The position numbers and the translations under genes were made by a program. From positions 128,001 through 192,000 of the forward strand of contig OY759353.1 of assembly GCA_963662315.1 (NCBI GenBank): a stretch of 64,000 bases of DNA, given 5' to 3'. Positions 32,336 to 42,343 of this stretch are shown one piece after another. The stretch comes from Geopsychrobacteraceae bacterium. GTDB lineage: Bacteria > Desulfobacterota > Desulfuromonadia > Desulfuromonadales > Geopsychrobacteraceae. Under the pieces are notes generated by a model that saw only the letters and a program-made list of their open reading frames with translations, had not been told where the DNA came from and did not search any database. How positions within the stretch are numbered: the first letter of the stretch is position 1; every line of letters starts with the position of its first letter.

Positions 32336-33559
32336 TTAAAGGTTTGTTTTTGTCAAGTTCTCAATGAGGTTGTTTTCGAATGCTGACGATACATTCAACT
32401 GCCAGATAAAAATTGCAGATGTCGACAGGCCAACAATACTCATGACAAGAAAGATGCTTTGAATCCCTGAGGTCGATAACAATACAGAGCCAATTAATGG
32501 GCCGAGGGCGAATCCTAAATTTAAAAAAGCATTAAAAATACCAAGGATGCTGCTCATTCCGAGGCGTTGCCCCTCTGCGATCAGTAAGGCACTGACTGCG
32601 GGTTGAGAGATGGAGCTGAAAACTCCTATAAGAAGAGTTAATACAAGAACGCTGCCAAAGCTCTCGGCAATCGGTAGCAACAAGTACAAAAGAGGGACAA
32701 TGATTCCTCCCAGAGCAACCAATATTGAATAGGATAGGCGATCTGTGATTTTGCCCATGGGACGCAGCAATACAGTCATTACCAGGGTAGCCGATGCCGT
32801 GACTATGCCTATCTGAAGACTGTTTATGCCTGTTCTTGAAGTCAGCATGATGGGTAAAAAAGTAGCACAGGTTGCAATGCCGAACCCCTTGCCCAATATA
32901 TAAGCTAATAAGCCACGGAATGTTCCATCTCTCGGGTCCAGAGACAGCAGGGTCGCAATAGTAAAGGATGTGGGAGTTGCTTTATATGGTTTCTTTTTTT
33001 CCGCAGCAAGAGACAGGCTCTGTAATGCTATCACAAACGCGGCAACGCAGCATAAAGTCAAAATGACAAACAGTCCTTGGAATCCCCACTTGTTCTTAAC
33101 GGCTCCCCCGATAATGGGACCGATACAACAGGCTGCATAAAATGAAATGTCGAAAGTTCCCATGGAGGTGCCACGGTGTTGAGGAGTAATCTGTGCCGCA
33201 AGAAAGGATTGGACCGCTGGACGAAACATTGCATACCCAACGCCTTGGAGTAGTCGGGCGATAACAATCTGTAGAGGATTATCAATCAATAAATAGGAGC
33301 AGGATATCAGCATATAAAGAGCAAGGCTATATCGGATCAGAATCTTGCATCCCAGCCTGTCTCCCAATTTTCCCATTACGGGGCTGAGAACTATTTTGGC
33401 AAAAGCATAACCACTCACTGCCACCCCCAGCAAAATTCCCTTGGCGCCTAGGTCCTGACAGAACAGCGGGAAAAATGTATCGCAGACTGCAAAACCGAAT
33501 GTGATCAAAAAATTGATCAGGAAAAGTCGGTGAAACAGTTGTCGTTGTCTGATAGCCAT
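32336..33559 (-). CDS. MFS transporter
   Basis: GKLGDRLG motif A, RLLQG, about 12 TM helices. Confidence 0.92.
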   Translation of the reverse strand: MAIRQRQLFHRLFLINFLITFGFAVCDTFFPLFCQDLGAKGILLGVAVSGYAFAKIVLSPVMGKLGDRLGCKILIRYSLALYMLISCSYLLIDNPLQIVIARLLQGVGYAMFRPAVQSFLAAQITPQHRGTSMGTFDISFYAACCIGPIIGGAVKNKWGFQGLFVILTLCCVAAFVIALQSLSLAAEKKKPYKATPTSFTIATLLSLDPRDGTFRGLLAYILGKGFGIATCATFLPIMLTSRTGINSLQIGIVTASATLVMTVLLRPMGKITDRLSYSILVALGGIIVPLLYLLLPIAESFGSVLVLTLLIGVFSSISQPAVSALLIAEGQRLGMSSILGIFNAFLNLGFALGPLIGSVLLSTSGIQSIFLVMSIVGLSTSAIFIWQLNVSSAFENNLIENLTKTNL

Positions 33560-33731
33560 GTAGATTTCGCTTCCATGATATTTCCTGCTAAAAGGTGTCT
33601 ATTTTACAGACAGGCAGCGACTCAGCTTCGTGTTGGACCAATAGCTCTTTATCTGGGGGAACTTTGTTACGGCAATTTTGCACCTGTTCATGTTGTTGCT
33701 TTGGTTTCTGCACCAGCTGTGTTGTAAATAC

Positions 33732-33756
33732 TGTGGCCGCCAAAGCGGCGGCCACA
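33732..33756. other. 10-bp GC stem-loop between the cytochrome and MFS genes
   Basis: tgtggccgcc-aaagc-ggcggccaca. Confidence 0.65.
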
Positions 33757-33807
33757 AAAAGAGGTCATTGTATTTCATCACAAGCAATATGTTATCTTGG
33801 TAGCGGC

Positions 33808-34197
33808 CTACTTGACTTCAACATCAATTTGATGACAGGAGTTGCAAAGCATAGTGCTTTCCGGTTTTTTGTGTACCGTGTGGCAGACAGTACATCTTAC
33901 TTTGCCTTGATGTGAGTCATGAACGTTGAATTGGCGATCTTTGCCGTCATTTTTATAGGTTCTCATTTCGCCGGTATAATACCCATTGCCGGAATCATGA
34001 CACTCAATGCAGACTGAGTGGTGAGGCATTTTCTTCGGAGTTCCTTTTCCGTGGCAATCGACGCAGGAGATCCCAGCATCCTTGTGCTTCAAGGTCGAAA
34101 CGATCTTATTCGTGGCAGCGAATGAAGTACCTGAAAATATGAAAATCAAACATGCGGCTAAGGTAATTTTCGTAAGGGTGAATTGCTTAATATTCAT
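33808..34197 (-). CDS. Periplasmic tetraheme cytochrome c
   Basis: Signal peptide; CVDCH, CIECH, CTVCH, CNSCH; HDSH distal His motif. Confidence 0.93.
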   Translation of the reverse strand: MNIKQFTLTKITLAACLIFIFSGTSFAATNKIVSTLKHKDAGISCVDCHGKGTPKKMPHHSVCIECHDSGNGYYTGEMRTYKNDGKDRQFNVHDSHQGKVRCTVCHTVHKKPESTMLCNSCHQIDVEVK

Positions 34198-34208
34198 CTG
34201 TCGCTCCT

Positions 34209-35777
34209 TTATTTTCCCAGCTCATTTTTAATGATGTTCTTTGCCGCTAATCTTCCTGAGGTTAAGGCAAATCCGCTAGCAGATCCCTCAACGAGCAAGT
34301 CATAGGAGCTGTCATATAGTCCACCCATATCTTGTCCGGCAACGTATAGGCCTTTAATCGGCATGCCATTGTCGGTCAACGCTTGAAAGTCAGTGTTGAC
34401 CTTGATGCCACCAAGGGTGAGGAAAAAGGCACGAATTCCTTTCAGCGCATAGTATGGGCCATGGCTCTGGAATGGAATCAAATGATCTGGGTTGCGGCCC
34501 CACTCAGAATCATTTTTATTGGCGGCAAATTCATTAACATTTGACACGCTGTTTTTCAGATGGGCAGGATCAACATTGATTTTTTTAGCAAGCTCTTCCA
34601 GGGTATCGGCTTTAAAGGCGTATCCGCCTTCAATGCCATCCTGAATTCCTTTATCAAGGTCCGGCATTTTTTGACCAACGACAACGATCGCATTGAATGG
34701 AATCAGAGGTCCCTGGTTTATCATTCTTTGTTTCATGTTTTCATCAAAGATGTTGTACATAACTCCACCATTAGCAGTCATTGCATTGTAGACATTGGTG
34801 AAGCTTGATCCTTGTGATTCATTATAGAACCGATTTCCTGACTGATTTACCCAAAGAAATGGTTGGCTGAGAGCGGCTCTTGTTTGCTTGAGGGAATCGG
34901 CACCGTTAAACTGTCTGATAAGAGGATTTTTCTGGTCATGCAGATACGGTGCATTCCCGGCAACGGTTTGCATGCCGGCAAGGCCAGCACCAACCTCTTC
35001 AGCCATGACAATGCCGTCTCCTTCGCGGCCGTCGAGTACTGGGCCGCGCAGGAAAATAGGTTCAAAAATTCCTTTTGCACTGCTATCGGAAATATACTCC
35101 TGAACCATTTTTTTATTGGCGGCAAAACCACCGGTAGCTAGGATGACGCCCCCCTTGGCTGTGGCTTCGTACTTCTCCCCATAAACAGAATTTTCAGCGT
35201 AAACTCCCGTAACACGGCCTGAACTATCTGTCATCAATTTGGTTACAGGAGTTTCAAGTAGGATTTTTCCACCCTTCTCATAAATCTGTTTCTGCATAAA
35301 TCTCACAACGCTGGCGCCGTGTTCTTTGTAACAATGCCATACATGAAACGATTTATCCTCTGGGAACATGGTCTTAATTCCCTTAAATTCGACGCCCATA
35401 TCTTCAATCATGTCGATAGATTCACCAGAGTTCGCCAAAAGCTCTTTTAATACGGCTGCGTTTGCTCTCCAGTGATGGAAATCAATTGCGGCATCGAAAA
35501 CTTCTTGAACGCTCGATTTATAACCAGCACGTTCCTGCATCCTTGTTCCCACACCTGTTGATCCCTCTGGAAAGTTTCCGGCTCCTCCTAGACCTGGAAG
35601 TTTTTCAAAAACAATAACAGAAGCTCCACCGTTGGCTGCGGCCAGTGCGGCCGAGAGTCCTGAAAAGCCCCCACCAACAACGATAATGTCAGCAGATAAT
35701 TTTTGTACTGCAGAAGCATTCGTACAACAGAATGCAAGCAGTGCACATACAATCCCGATTTTCTTCAGTAACCTCAT
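34209..35777 (-). CDS. Exported FAD-dependent oxidoreductase (FAD_binding_2 / flavocytochrome c flavin subunit family)
   Basis: Signal peptide, VVGGGFSG, ILATGGF, GNRFYNE, TLGGI, GLYVAG. Confidence 0.9.
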   Translation of the reverse strand: MRLLKKIGIVCALLAFCCTNASAVQKLSADIIVVGGGFSGLSAALAAANGGASVIVFEKLPGLGGAGNFPEGSTGVGTRMQERAGYKSSVQEVFDAAIDFHHWRANAAVLKELLANSGESIDMIEDMGVEFKGIKTMFPEDKSFHVWHCYKEHGASVVRFMQKQIYEKGGKILLETPVTKLMTDSSGRVTGVYAENSVYGEKYEATAKGGVILATGGFAANKKMVQEYISDSSAKGIFEPIFLRGPVLDGREGDGIVMAEEVGAGLAGMQTVAGNAPYLHDQKNPLIRQFNGADSLKQTRAALSQPFLWVNQSGNRFYNESQGSSFTNVYNAMTANGGVMYNIFDENMKQRMINQGPLIPFNAIVVVGQKMPDLDKGIQDGIEGGYAFKADTLEELAKKINVDPAHLKNSVSNVNEFAANKNDSEWGRNPDHLIPFQSHGPYYALKGIRAFFLTLGGIKVNTDFQALTDNGMPIKGLYVAGQDMGGLYDSSYDLLVEGSASGFALTSGRLAAKNIIKNELGK

Positions 35778-35848
35778 TGATTCCTCCTAAAAAAAGTAAG
35801 TAACAAAAGATCAAAATTTATCTTTGACCCGTGTCTTCCGGTTCTGAT

Positions 35849-35864
35849 ATCAATATGTATGCCA
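35849..35864 (-). promoter_or_regulatory. Putative sigma54 promoter for the reductase operon
   Basis: TGGCAT-ACATA-TTGAT on the minus strand (GA variant at -12); bEBP gene is divergent. Confidence 0.55.
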
Positions 35865-35947
35865 ATGGTTTTGCTTGTCTTAAGTATTGTTATTATAAGA
35901 ATTTTTTGCTTCGTATCGATATCTGGACTATGCTTGTGCGTGTGTTT

Positions 35948-35966
35948 GTGAGACACCTTGTTTCAC
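35948..35966. promoter_or_regulatory. Putative bEBP upstream activating sequence
   Basis: Near-palindrome GTGAGACA-CCT-TGTTTCAC about 85 bp upstream of the sigma54 site. Confidence 0.5.
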
Positions 35967-36064
35967 CAGTTCTGTTTCAGACTTTTTGTTTTAGAGGGGT
36001 AGGAGACATCTTTGACGTAAGATGAAGAATTGGAACCGGTTGAAGCGGATTGTTTTGCCGAGAA

Positions 36065-36110
36065 AAAGGATCAGGAGGGATTGCGGTTTCGCAATCCCTC
36101 CTGATCCTTT
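36065..36110. repeat. Perfect 21-bp inverted repeat with 4-nt loop
   Basis: aaaggatcaggagggattgcg-gttt-cgcaatccctcctgatccttt. Confidence 0.95.
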
Positions 36111-36247
36111 AGTCTGTCGCTACCTGCTAATGAAATATTGAACCATAAAGAAAATAACTGAGAGTCATCATAAAGCGCTTCTAACTTCAAGTTATGGTAA
36201 AAGCATAGTGCGAAGTTAGATATTTGCCTTAAAGAGGATTAGATATT

Positions 36248-39200
36248 TTGAAATTTAAAAGTCTTAAGACTAAGGTTGTTTTTAGTGTTTTGTTAATATT
36301 CTTCCTTATTTTTCCTGCGTTTAGCTATTTTGGGATATCTTATTTTAAGTATAATGCTATCAGGACTGTTCAGGCGCAGCAGTTATTACTGGTTTCAAAG
36401 CTAGCGGATGAAATTAATACCAAACTTGTTATTTTGACAAACGTACTTACTTCTTCTGCAGATACAATTGACAAAGAGATATTCGACAGTCCTGTCAAAG
36501 CGAGTGACTATATTAAAAGCCATATTGCTTTGACTTCTGTTTTTGATGACAACATTCTGATTTTTAATAAAAATGGGCAGCTCTTGGCTGAATCTGGAGA
36601 TAATAGTCCCGAGCGTGTAATGATGAGTTTTGCATGGCGCGATTATATAGCTGTTCCTTCAGAAACTCATCGACTCTATATTTCTGCTCCCCTTAAAGCT
36701 ACAGCAAGTACAAAACTTAAAGATCCCATGATAGTTATTTCTGCACCGGTAATTAGGGATGGAACATTAATAGGTTTTGTGTCAGGAGCGGTAAACCTTT
36801 ATAATGAAAATTTATTTAATAATGAAAAATTCACATATCTTAACGATAATGGATACATATTCATTGTAGATTCACAGTCAAACGTAGTAATGCATTCAGA
36901 TGAGAATAAGATTGTCAGTAAAATTGACCTCAGCTCCAATCAAATATTGGAGAGAATGCTTAATGAAGAGTCTGGTAGCATTGAATATGAAAATAATAAT
37001 GAGATAATCCAATCATCTTTTTGTAAAGTTCCAATTTCAAGATGGATTGTTATAGCAAATTATAAATCAAAAATTATATTTAAACATATTATTAGAGCTG
37101 AAAATACCCTGATATTATTTATCATATCAGGAGCAGTTATTGTATTTATAATTTTAAACTTTATAATTAACAGACTCGTAAGACCTATCCTGTCTCTAAA
37201 GTCACAAGTACATGGATTGCTGAGTGATAATGAATGTCTTGCAAAAATACAGGTAGATTCTAATGATGAAATTATGGAGATTGCTAATGCTTTTAATAGT
37301 CTTCTTGCAGAAATAGATCAAAAGAAAAATGAACTGAAGAGAAAAAATGAAATATTTCAGACAGTATGCGATTTTTCAAAAGACTGGATTTATTGGATTG
37401 ATAACAATGGCCATTTGATTTACATATCTCCTGCAGCAATGAAGATGTCCGGTTACTCTAAAGAAGAGTTGTCTGATTATCCAAATTTTTATGAAAAGTT
37501 AATTTATCCTGAAGATCGTGAAAAATGGCTTAGGTCTGAAAGAACTGTCAGGATGAAGGAAGAATATTGTGAAACAGAAATAAGGATAATAACAAAAGAT
37601 GGATCTGTCAGGTGGCTCCATAATGTTTGTAAAGGTTATTTTTCCAAGGGTGTTTTTTATGGTGTTCGCGGGGTGTTCAGTGACATTACTTCAACGAGAA
37701 AAGCTGAAATCGAATTAACCTCCCGGGAAAATATCTACAGCATTTTGTTTCAAAACACAGGTTCTCTCATTATCTTAACAAATGAAAAGTTCGAAATTAC
37801 TGAATTTAATAAAAAGGCCTTTTCTCTGCTTAATTGTCAATACGGCGAAAGTGTCTTTACCTACCTCAGGACTGACGTTGCTTCAGTGTCTTCCCAACTT
37901 ACCCAAAAAGTTTCACAAGATGCTGTAGAAATTGATACGCATTTTAGTATTAGTGGGCAAATCAACTATTATAGTTGGCAAATAAATACTCTTAGTTATT
38001 CTCTTCATGGGTTATCCGGTTTCATATTTTTAGGTATCGATATTACTGATAAGAAAAATAGAAATGAAGAACTCAGCAAAATGGCAATAAAAACTGAAAC
38101 GGAAAAATATGTCAGCCAGATGGAAGCGATAATAAAAAGTGTCTCTGAAGGAATAATATCCATCGAAAGTAATGGCAGCCTTGGCGGTTATAACAGTGCT
38201 GCAGAAAAATTATTCAAGCTGGTTCCAGATAATATCGGGAAACCGATTCAGAGCATTAATGATTTTTTTGCTTCGAAATTATCACTCTTAGTGAAGAATG
38301 CCGGTAAGAATAAAAGAGAAATTGATGCTGCCAGGGTCGAATACGTCCTTGATAATAAGCCTGTTTCTCTAAAAATAAGTATTACTCCTTTGCTTAGCAG
38401 TGAAAATATTGAATTTGGGACTTTGGCGGTCGTAGCAATTGAAGAGGATTTAAATAAAAATTTTGAATGCTCAAAATTTATCAACATTATTGGCTCTAAT
38501 GAAAAAATGCAGGCGTTATATTCTTCAATGACCTCTTTGGCAAATGTCGACTCTACGGTATTGATCTTAGGGGAAAGTGGCACGGGGAAAGAGCTTGTTG
38601 CCTGTGGCATACATGATTCCGGTGTTAGAAAAAACAAGCCATTCATTAAGCTTAACTGTTCAGCTATTCCAGAGAACCTCCTTGAAAGTGAGTTATTTGG
38701 CCATGAGAAAGGCGCCTTTACGGGGGCCTATAAAGATAAAATTGGAAAGTTTGAAGCGGCTAATGGTGGAACTATTTTCCTTGATGAAATAGGAGACATC
38801 AGTGCTAGTGTTCAAGTTAAACTTCTTAGAGTCCTTCAAGAAAAAGAAATTGAGGTCATCGGTAAAAACAAACCGGTCAAGGTTGATGTGCGCATCATTG
38901 CTGCAACAAATAGAGATCTTAAAGATTTAGTGGACAAAGGCCAATTTCGGGAAGACCTTTATTATAGACTTAAAGTCGTTACCCTTTCAGTCCCCCCCCT
39001 TAGAGAAAGAAGGGATGATATTCTTCCTATTGCCTACGCGTTTATAAATAGATTCAACAAGAAAATGCATAAAAATATACTGGACATATCTGATGAAGTG
39101 AAGTCGATACTTCTCACATATGATTGGCCCGGTAATGTCAGAGAACTTGAACATATAATAGAGTCTTCCTGTTTAATGGAAGGGTCTTCAATTATCACTA

Positions 39201-39379
39201 GCTCTACCATTCCCAAAGAAGTGTCTGAGAATATTCCGCAGGATTCGCTAGATGAAAAAAACATGATTCTCAATGCTCTGGAGGAAGCGAAAGGCTACAA
39301 AACGAAGGCTGCTAAGTTGTTAAAGATCAGCAGGGCTACTCTCTATCGAAAGATGAACGAGCATGGAATAGACTACTAA
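36248..39379 (+). CDS. Membrane-anchored sigma54 activator (TM-Cache-TM-HAMP-PAS repeats-AAA-HTH)
   Basis: Two TMs flanking a Cache-like domain (FAWRDY), HAMP, PAS, GESGTGKE, GAFTGA, WPGNVREL, Fis-type HTH; TTG start. Confidence 0.92.
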   Translation: MKFKSLKTKVVFSVLLIFFLIFPAFSYFGISYFKYNAIRTVQAQQLLLVSKLADEINTKLVILTNVLTSSADTIDKEIFDSPVKASDYIKSHIALTSVFDDNILIFNKNGQLLAESGDNSPERVMMSFAWRDYIAVPSETHRLYISAPLKATASTKLKDPMIVISAPVIRDGTLIGFVSGAVNLYNENLFNNEKFTYLNDNGYIFIVDSQSNVVMHSDENKIVSKIDLSSNQILERMLNEESGSIEYENNNEIIQSSFCKVPISRWIVIANYKSKIIFKHIIRAENTLILFIISGAVIVFIILNFIINRLVRPILSLKSQVHGLLSDNECLAKIQVDSNDEIMEIANAFNSLLAEIDQKKNELKRKNEIFQTVCDFSKDWIYWIDNNGHLIYISPAAMKMSGYSKEELSDYPNFYEKLIYPEDREKWLRSERTVRMKEEYCETEIRIITKDGSVRWLHNVCKGYFSKGVFYGVRGVFSDITSTRKAEIELTSRENIYSILFQNTGSLIILTNEKFEITEFNKKAFSLLNCQYGESVFTYLRTDVASVSSQLTQKVSQDAVEIDTHFSISGQINYYSWQINTLSYSLHGLSGFIFLGIDITDKKNRNEELSKMAIKTETEKYVSQMEAIIKSVSEGIISIESNGSLGGYNSAAEKLFKLVPDNIGKPIQSINDFFASKLSLLVKNAGKNKREIDAARVEYVLDNKPVSLKISITPLLSSENIEFGTLAVVAIEEDLNKNFECSKFINIIGSNEKMQALYSSMTSLANVDSTVLILGESGTGKELVACGIHDSGVRKNKPFIKLNCSAIPENLLESELFGHEKGAFTGAYKDKIGKFEAANGGTIFLDEIGDISASVQVKLLRVLQEKEIEVIGKNKPVKVDVRIIAATNRDLKDLVDKGQFREDLYYRLKVVTLSVPPLRERRDDILPIAYAFINRFNKKMHKNILDISDEVKSILLTYDWPGNVRELEHIIESSCLMEGSSIITSSTIPKEVSENIPQDSLDEKNMILNALEEAKGYKTKAAKLLKISRATLYRKMNEHGIDY

Positions 39380-39811
39380 GCTAAAATTCTCATTTGTTAC
39401 TACTTGTTTACATCTTCTGAGACACCCTGTCTTGTTTGCTTGGGGCTGAGTGTTTGTACTTCGACACTAAATATTAGCGTGGCAGGAGAAAGCATTTTTA
39501 GCTTTTTTTGTGGTGTCTCCAAGATTCAGCGGGCTTAGATTCTTTAATTTGGAGTGCCTTTTGCGCTATATTCATAGCATTAGTGAGGTCTTCTGCGTTG
39601 CTTGTGCCATTTGCATAGGTTGTCTCTAATGATGACCTCGATTTTCGCAAAAGGCATTTCGTTGGTGATTCAGGCGCTAATATAAGCGTCTTCCGGAATT
39701 ATGCTAGAGGCGCGATACGGCAGAAAAGACTCCTTTCGGAGTTCCCGGTCATGCAAACACCTAGCGCATACATCTGCAGGATATATGTCGAACAGGGAGT
39801 AATTGCAAACG

Positions 39812-40813
39812 ATGAAAACACGAAATCTAGGAAATATTGGAACCACTGTCTCTGCGATCGGCATCGGCGGCATGTCGTTTTCTGACTTTTACGGGCCGAC
39901 TGACACCGATAAATCACACGCCATATTGCGCAAGGCATTGGATCTTGGCATTGATCATATTGATACTGCAAACGTCTATGGCCTTGGGGTGTCAGAGGAG
40001 CGTATCGGCTCCTTCCTGAAAGCTCAGGGACGCAGCAAAAATGATTTGTTCAAGATAGCAACCAAAGCGGGTATAAAGCGCGATAAAGATGGTCGCAGAC
40101 ATTATGATAACAGCTTCAGTTACCTGCAGGCGGAGCTGGATAAATCCTTACAGCGCCTGGGTGTTGAGCAAATCGAACTCTTTTATATCCATCGGCGGGA
40201 TCCGCAGTGCCCGATTGAAGACGTCACCGGGACGCTGGCTAAATTTGTTACCGCCGGGAAGATCAAACAATTCGGCTTTTCTGAAATTGCTCCAGCGTCG
40301 CTTCAGTTAGCGGCGGCTATTCACCCTGTCGGCGCTGTCCAGTCTGAATATTCGCTTTCGACACGTTTTGTGGAAATGGGACTGGTGCAGAGAACCAAAG
40401 AACTTGGCACTTCACTGGTGGCGTTCAGCCCGGTCGGGCGCAGTTTGCTGACCGATGATCCGCATTCCTTTGAAAAAAGTCAATCGATCGACTTTCTCAA
40501 AGACAATCCAAGATTTCTAAAGCCCAATTACGACCATAACATCACTGCGACAGACCGCTTCCGCTCACTCGCCAAGGAGATGGGATACAAGACCGCCTCT
40601 CTTGCCATTGCCTGGCTTTTGCACCAGGGGGAACACATTTTACCCATTCCTGGCACCCGATCCGTGTCTCATCTGGAAGAATTGGCCGCTGGAGCAGAGA
40701 TAACGTTGAGTGATAGCGATTTGCAGGCGATAGAGAATTGCTTGCCGATCGGCTGGGCGCATGGCGATCGGTATTCTGTCGCGCAATGGGTTGGCCCGGA
40801 AAAATATTGCTGA
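39812..40813 (+). CDS. Aldo/keto reductase
   Basis: DTANVYG, IATK, YIHR, QSEYS, PIPGT. Confidence 0.93.
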   Translation: MKTRNLGNIGTTVSAIGIGGMSFSDFYGPTDTDKSHAILRKALDLGIDHIDTANVYGLGVSEERIGSFLKAQGRSKNDLFKIATKAGIKRDKDGRRHYDNSFSYLQAELDKSLQRLGVEQIELFYIHRRDPQCPIEDVTGTLAKFVTAGKIKQFGFSEIAPASLQLAAAIHPVGAVQSEYSLSTRFVEMGLVQRTKELGTSLVAFSPVGRSLLTDDPHSFEKSQSIDFLKDNPRFLKPNYDHNITATDRFRSLAKEMGYKTASLAIAWLLHQGEHILPIPGTRSVSHLEELAAGAEITLSDSDLQAIENCLPIGWAHGDRYSVAQWVGPEKYC

Positions 40814-40954
40814 CTTGAGTCCTGTAACTTAAGAATAATTAGTATTATTCTTAAGTGTGTTTTCCGCATGTAAATGTGAACTGCTGGCATAAAGCAGGTC
40901 GGATGGTGGCGCTGGGCTGTCATAGCCTAAATAGTTTAATACCTTGTTTTCAAC

Positions 40955-42076
40955 TCACTCCGTTTCTGTCATCACAACTTTGCCCCCAGCAATCACTCGT
41001 TGCCGATCATCATAGAGAACCACATGCTGGCCGGGGGCTGGTGTCAGTACTGGAGCCTCAAAAATTATTTTCACCGCATCTCCCTTTTGCTTATCAATAA
41101 TACAAGGGGCCGGAGGCATGGTCGAACGGACCTTGGCAAAAGCCTGATGGCCATGCTGGAAGGAGTCAGGCTGAAGGATATTCAAACTTTCTATGTGTAC
41201 GGTTTTGATGAACAGGGCTTCGCGTGGACCAACGATCAACTTGTTTTTGGCCGCCTCCATAGATAGCACGTATAAAGGTTCATCTCCGGAAACACCGAGG
41301 CCACGGCGTTGTCCAAGTGTATAGTTATGGAGTCCTTTATGCTCGCCGAGTTTTCTGCCCTCCGTGTCAACAATTGGTCCCGAAGGAGCCAGAGAATCCC
41401 CAAGCGCATTGCGATAGTCGCCCTCGCCGGCAAAGCAAAGTTCCATCGAATCGGGACGTTTAGACGTTCTCAGCGAATTGGCACTGGCCTTATGGCGGAC
41501 ATCATCTTTTTGCAAGGTTCCCATCGGGAGTAATAATTTTGGTAGACGTAAGCGTGAAATGCCATAGAGAAAATAGCTCTGGTCGCGGTTCTTGTCATCT
41601 CCCATAACAAGGTATGATCCTGCCGAGGGATTGGTCACCTTTGCGTAGTGCCCCGTGGCGACATACTGGACGCCAAATGATTTTTCCAGCAGGTCCCAGA
41701 CCTGGCCGAACTTGAGGCGGGTATTACAGTCGATACAGGGGCTTGGCGTGCGGCCTTGAGCGTAATCCTGACGGAACGGTTCGATGATTTCGCGTTCAAA
41801 TACATGCTCAGTGTCGATAAAATAATGGGGAATGCCCAAATCTTTACAGACGAAGGCCGCTTCCGATCCACAACAGGGACTGGGATGAACACATTTCTCG
41901 GCCATGGGGATTTTCATGGTAAACCCTGCAACATCCCATCCCTCATCGCGCAGCAGCATAGCAGTTACACTGGAATCCACGCCGCCACTCATCAGGACGG
42001 CAACGGCATGCTCTGGATCGGTGGGCTGCCACGCTTGAAATGTTGGCGGGTAAAGAGTCATGTCTGTATTGTCCAT
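40955..42076 (-). CDS. mnmA: tRNA 2-thiouridylase MnmA-family protein
   Basis: SGGVDS, TPSPCIDCN, ATGHYA, DQSYFL, DSMELCF, TLGQRRG, PGQ. Confidence 0.9.
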   Translation of the reverse strand: MDNTDMTLYPPTFQAWQPTDPEHAVAVLMSGGVDSSVTAMLLRDEGWDVAGFTMKIPMAEKCVHPSPCCGSEAAFVCKDLGIPHYFIDTEHVFEREIIEPFRQDYAQGRTPSPCIDCNTRLKFGQVWDLLEKSFGVQYVATGHYAKVTNPSAGSYLVMGDDKNRDQSYFLYGISRLRLPKLLLPMGTLQKDDVRHKASANSLRTSKRPDSMELCFAGEGDYRNALGDSLAPSGPIVDTEGRKLGEHKGLHNYTLGQRRGLGVSGDEPLYVLSMEAAKNKLIVGPREALFIKTVHIESLNILQPDSFQHGHQAFAKVRSTMPPAPCIIDKQKGDAVKIIFEAPVLTPAPGQHVVLYDDRQRVIAGGKVVMTETE

Positions 42077-42103
42077 GAATATTGTCCTTCTACATAGAAA
42101 CAA

Positions 42104-42343
42104 TCAGTCGGTAATCACACCGCGGCAAATCCTGATGCGGTGAACGCAATCTCCCTCGGTAACGACGCTAATTACGGAGTGCCCTTCATTTTTAAGGCTC
42201 ACGGTCATGTCACGGACGGGTTCCTCCCCCTTGACGAGAATATCAAGTGATTGCCCAGGTTTCAGTGGGGCCAGAGCTTCAGCTGCTCTTAGCAGGGTGA
42301 GGGGGCATTTTTCTAACGTGAGATCAACGGTATCTATGGTCAT
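42104..42343 (-). CDS. TusA-family sulfur carrier
   Basis: DLTLEKCPLT, L-PGQ-L-I pattern, 79 aa; ATG at 42343. Confidence 0.85.
   Translation of the reverse strand: MTIDTVDLTLEKCPLTLLRAAEALAPLKPGQSLDILVKGEEPVRDMTVSLKNEGHSVISVVTEGDCVHRIRICRGVITD

Noticed and set aside
33595..33915. Short ORFs between the MFS and cytochrome genes
   Set aside because: They overlap the stem-loop or the cytochrome gene and show no protein-like features
34209..35777. Fumarate reductase (FccA/FrdA) assignment
   Set aside because: Catalytic His and Arg motifs (HHTMGG, NRLGGN) are absent
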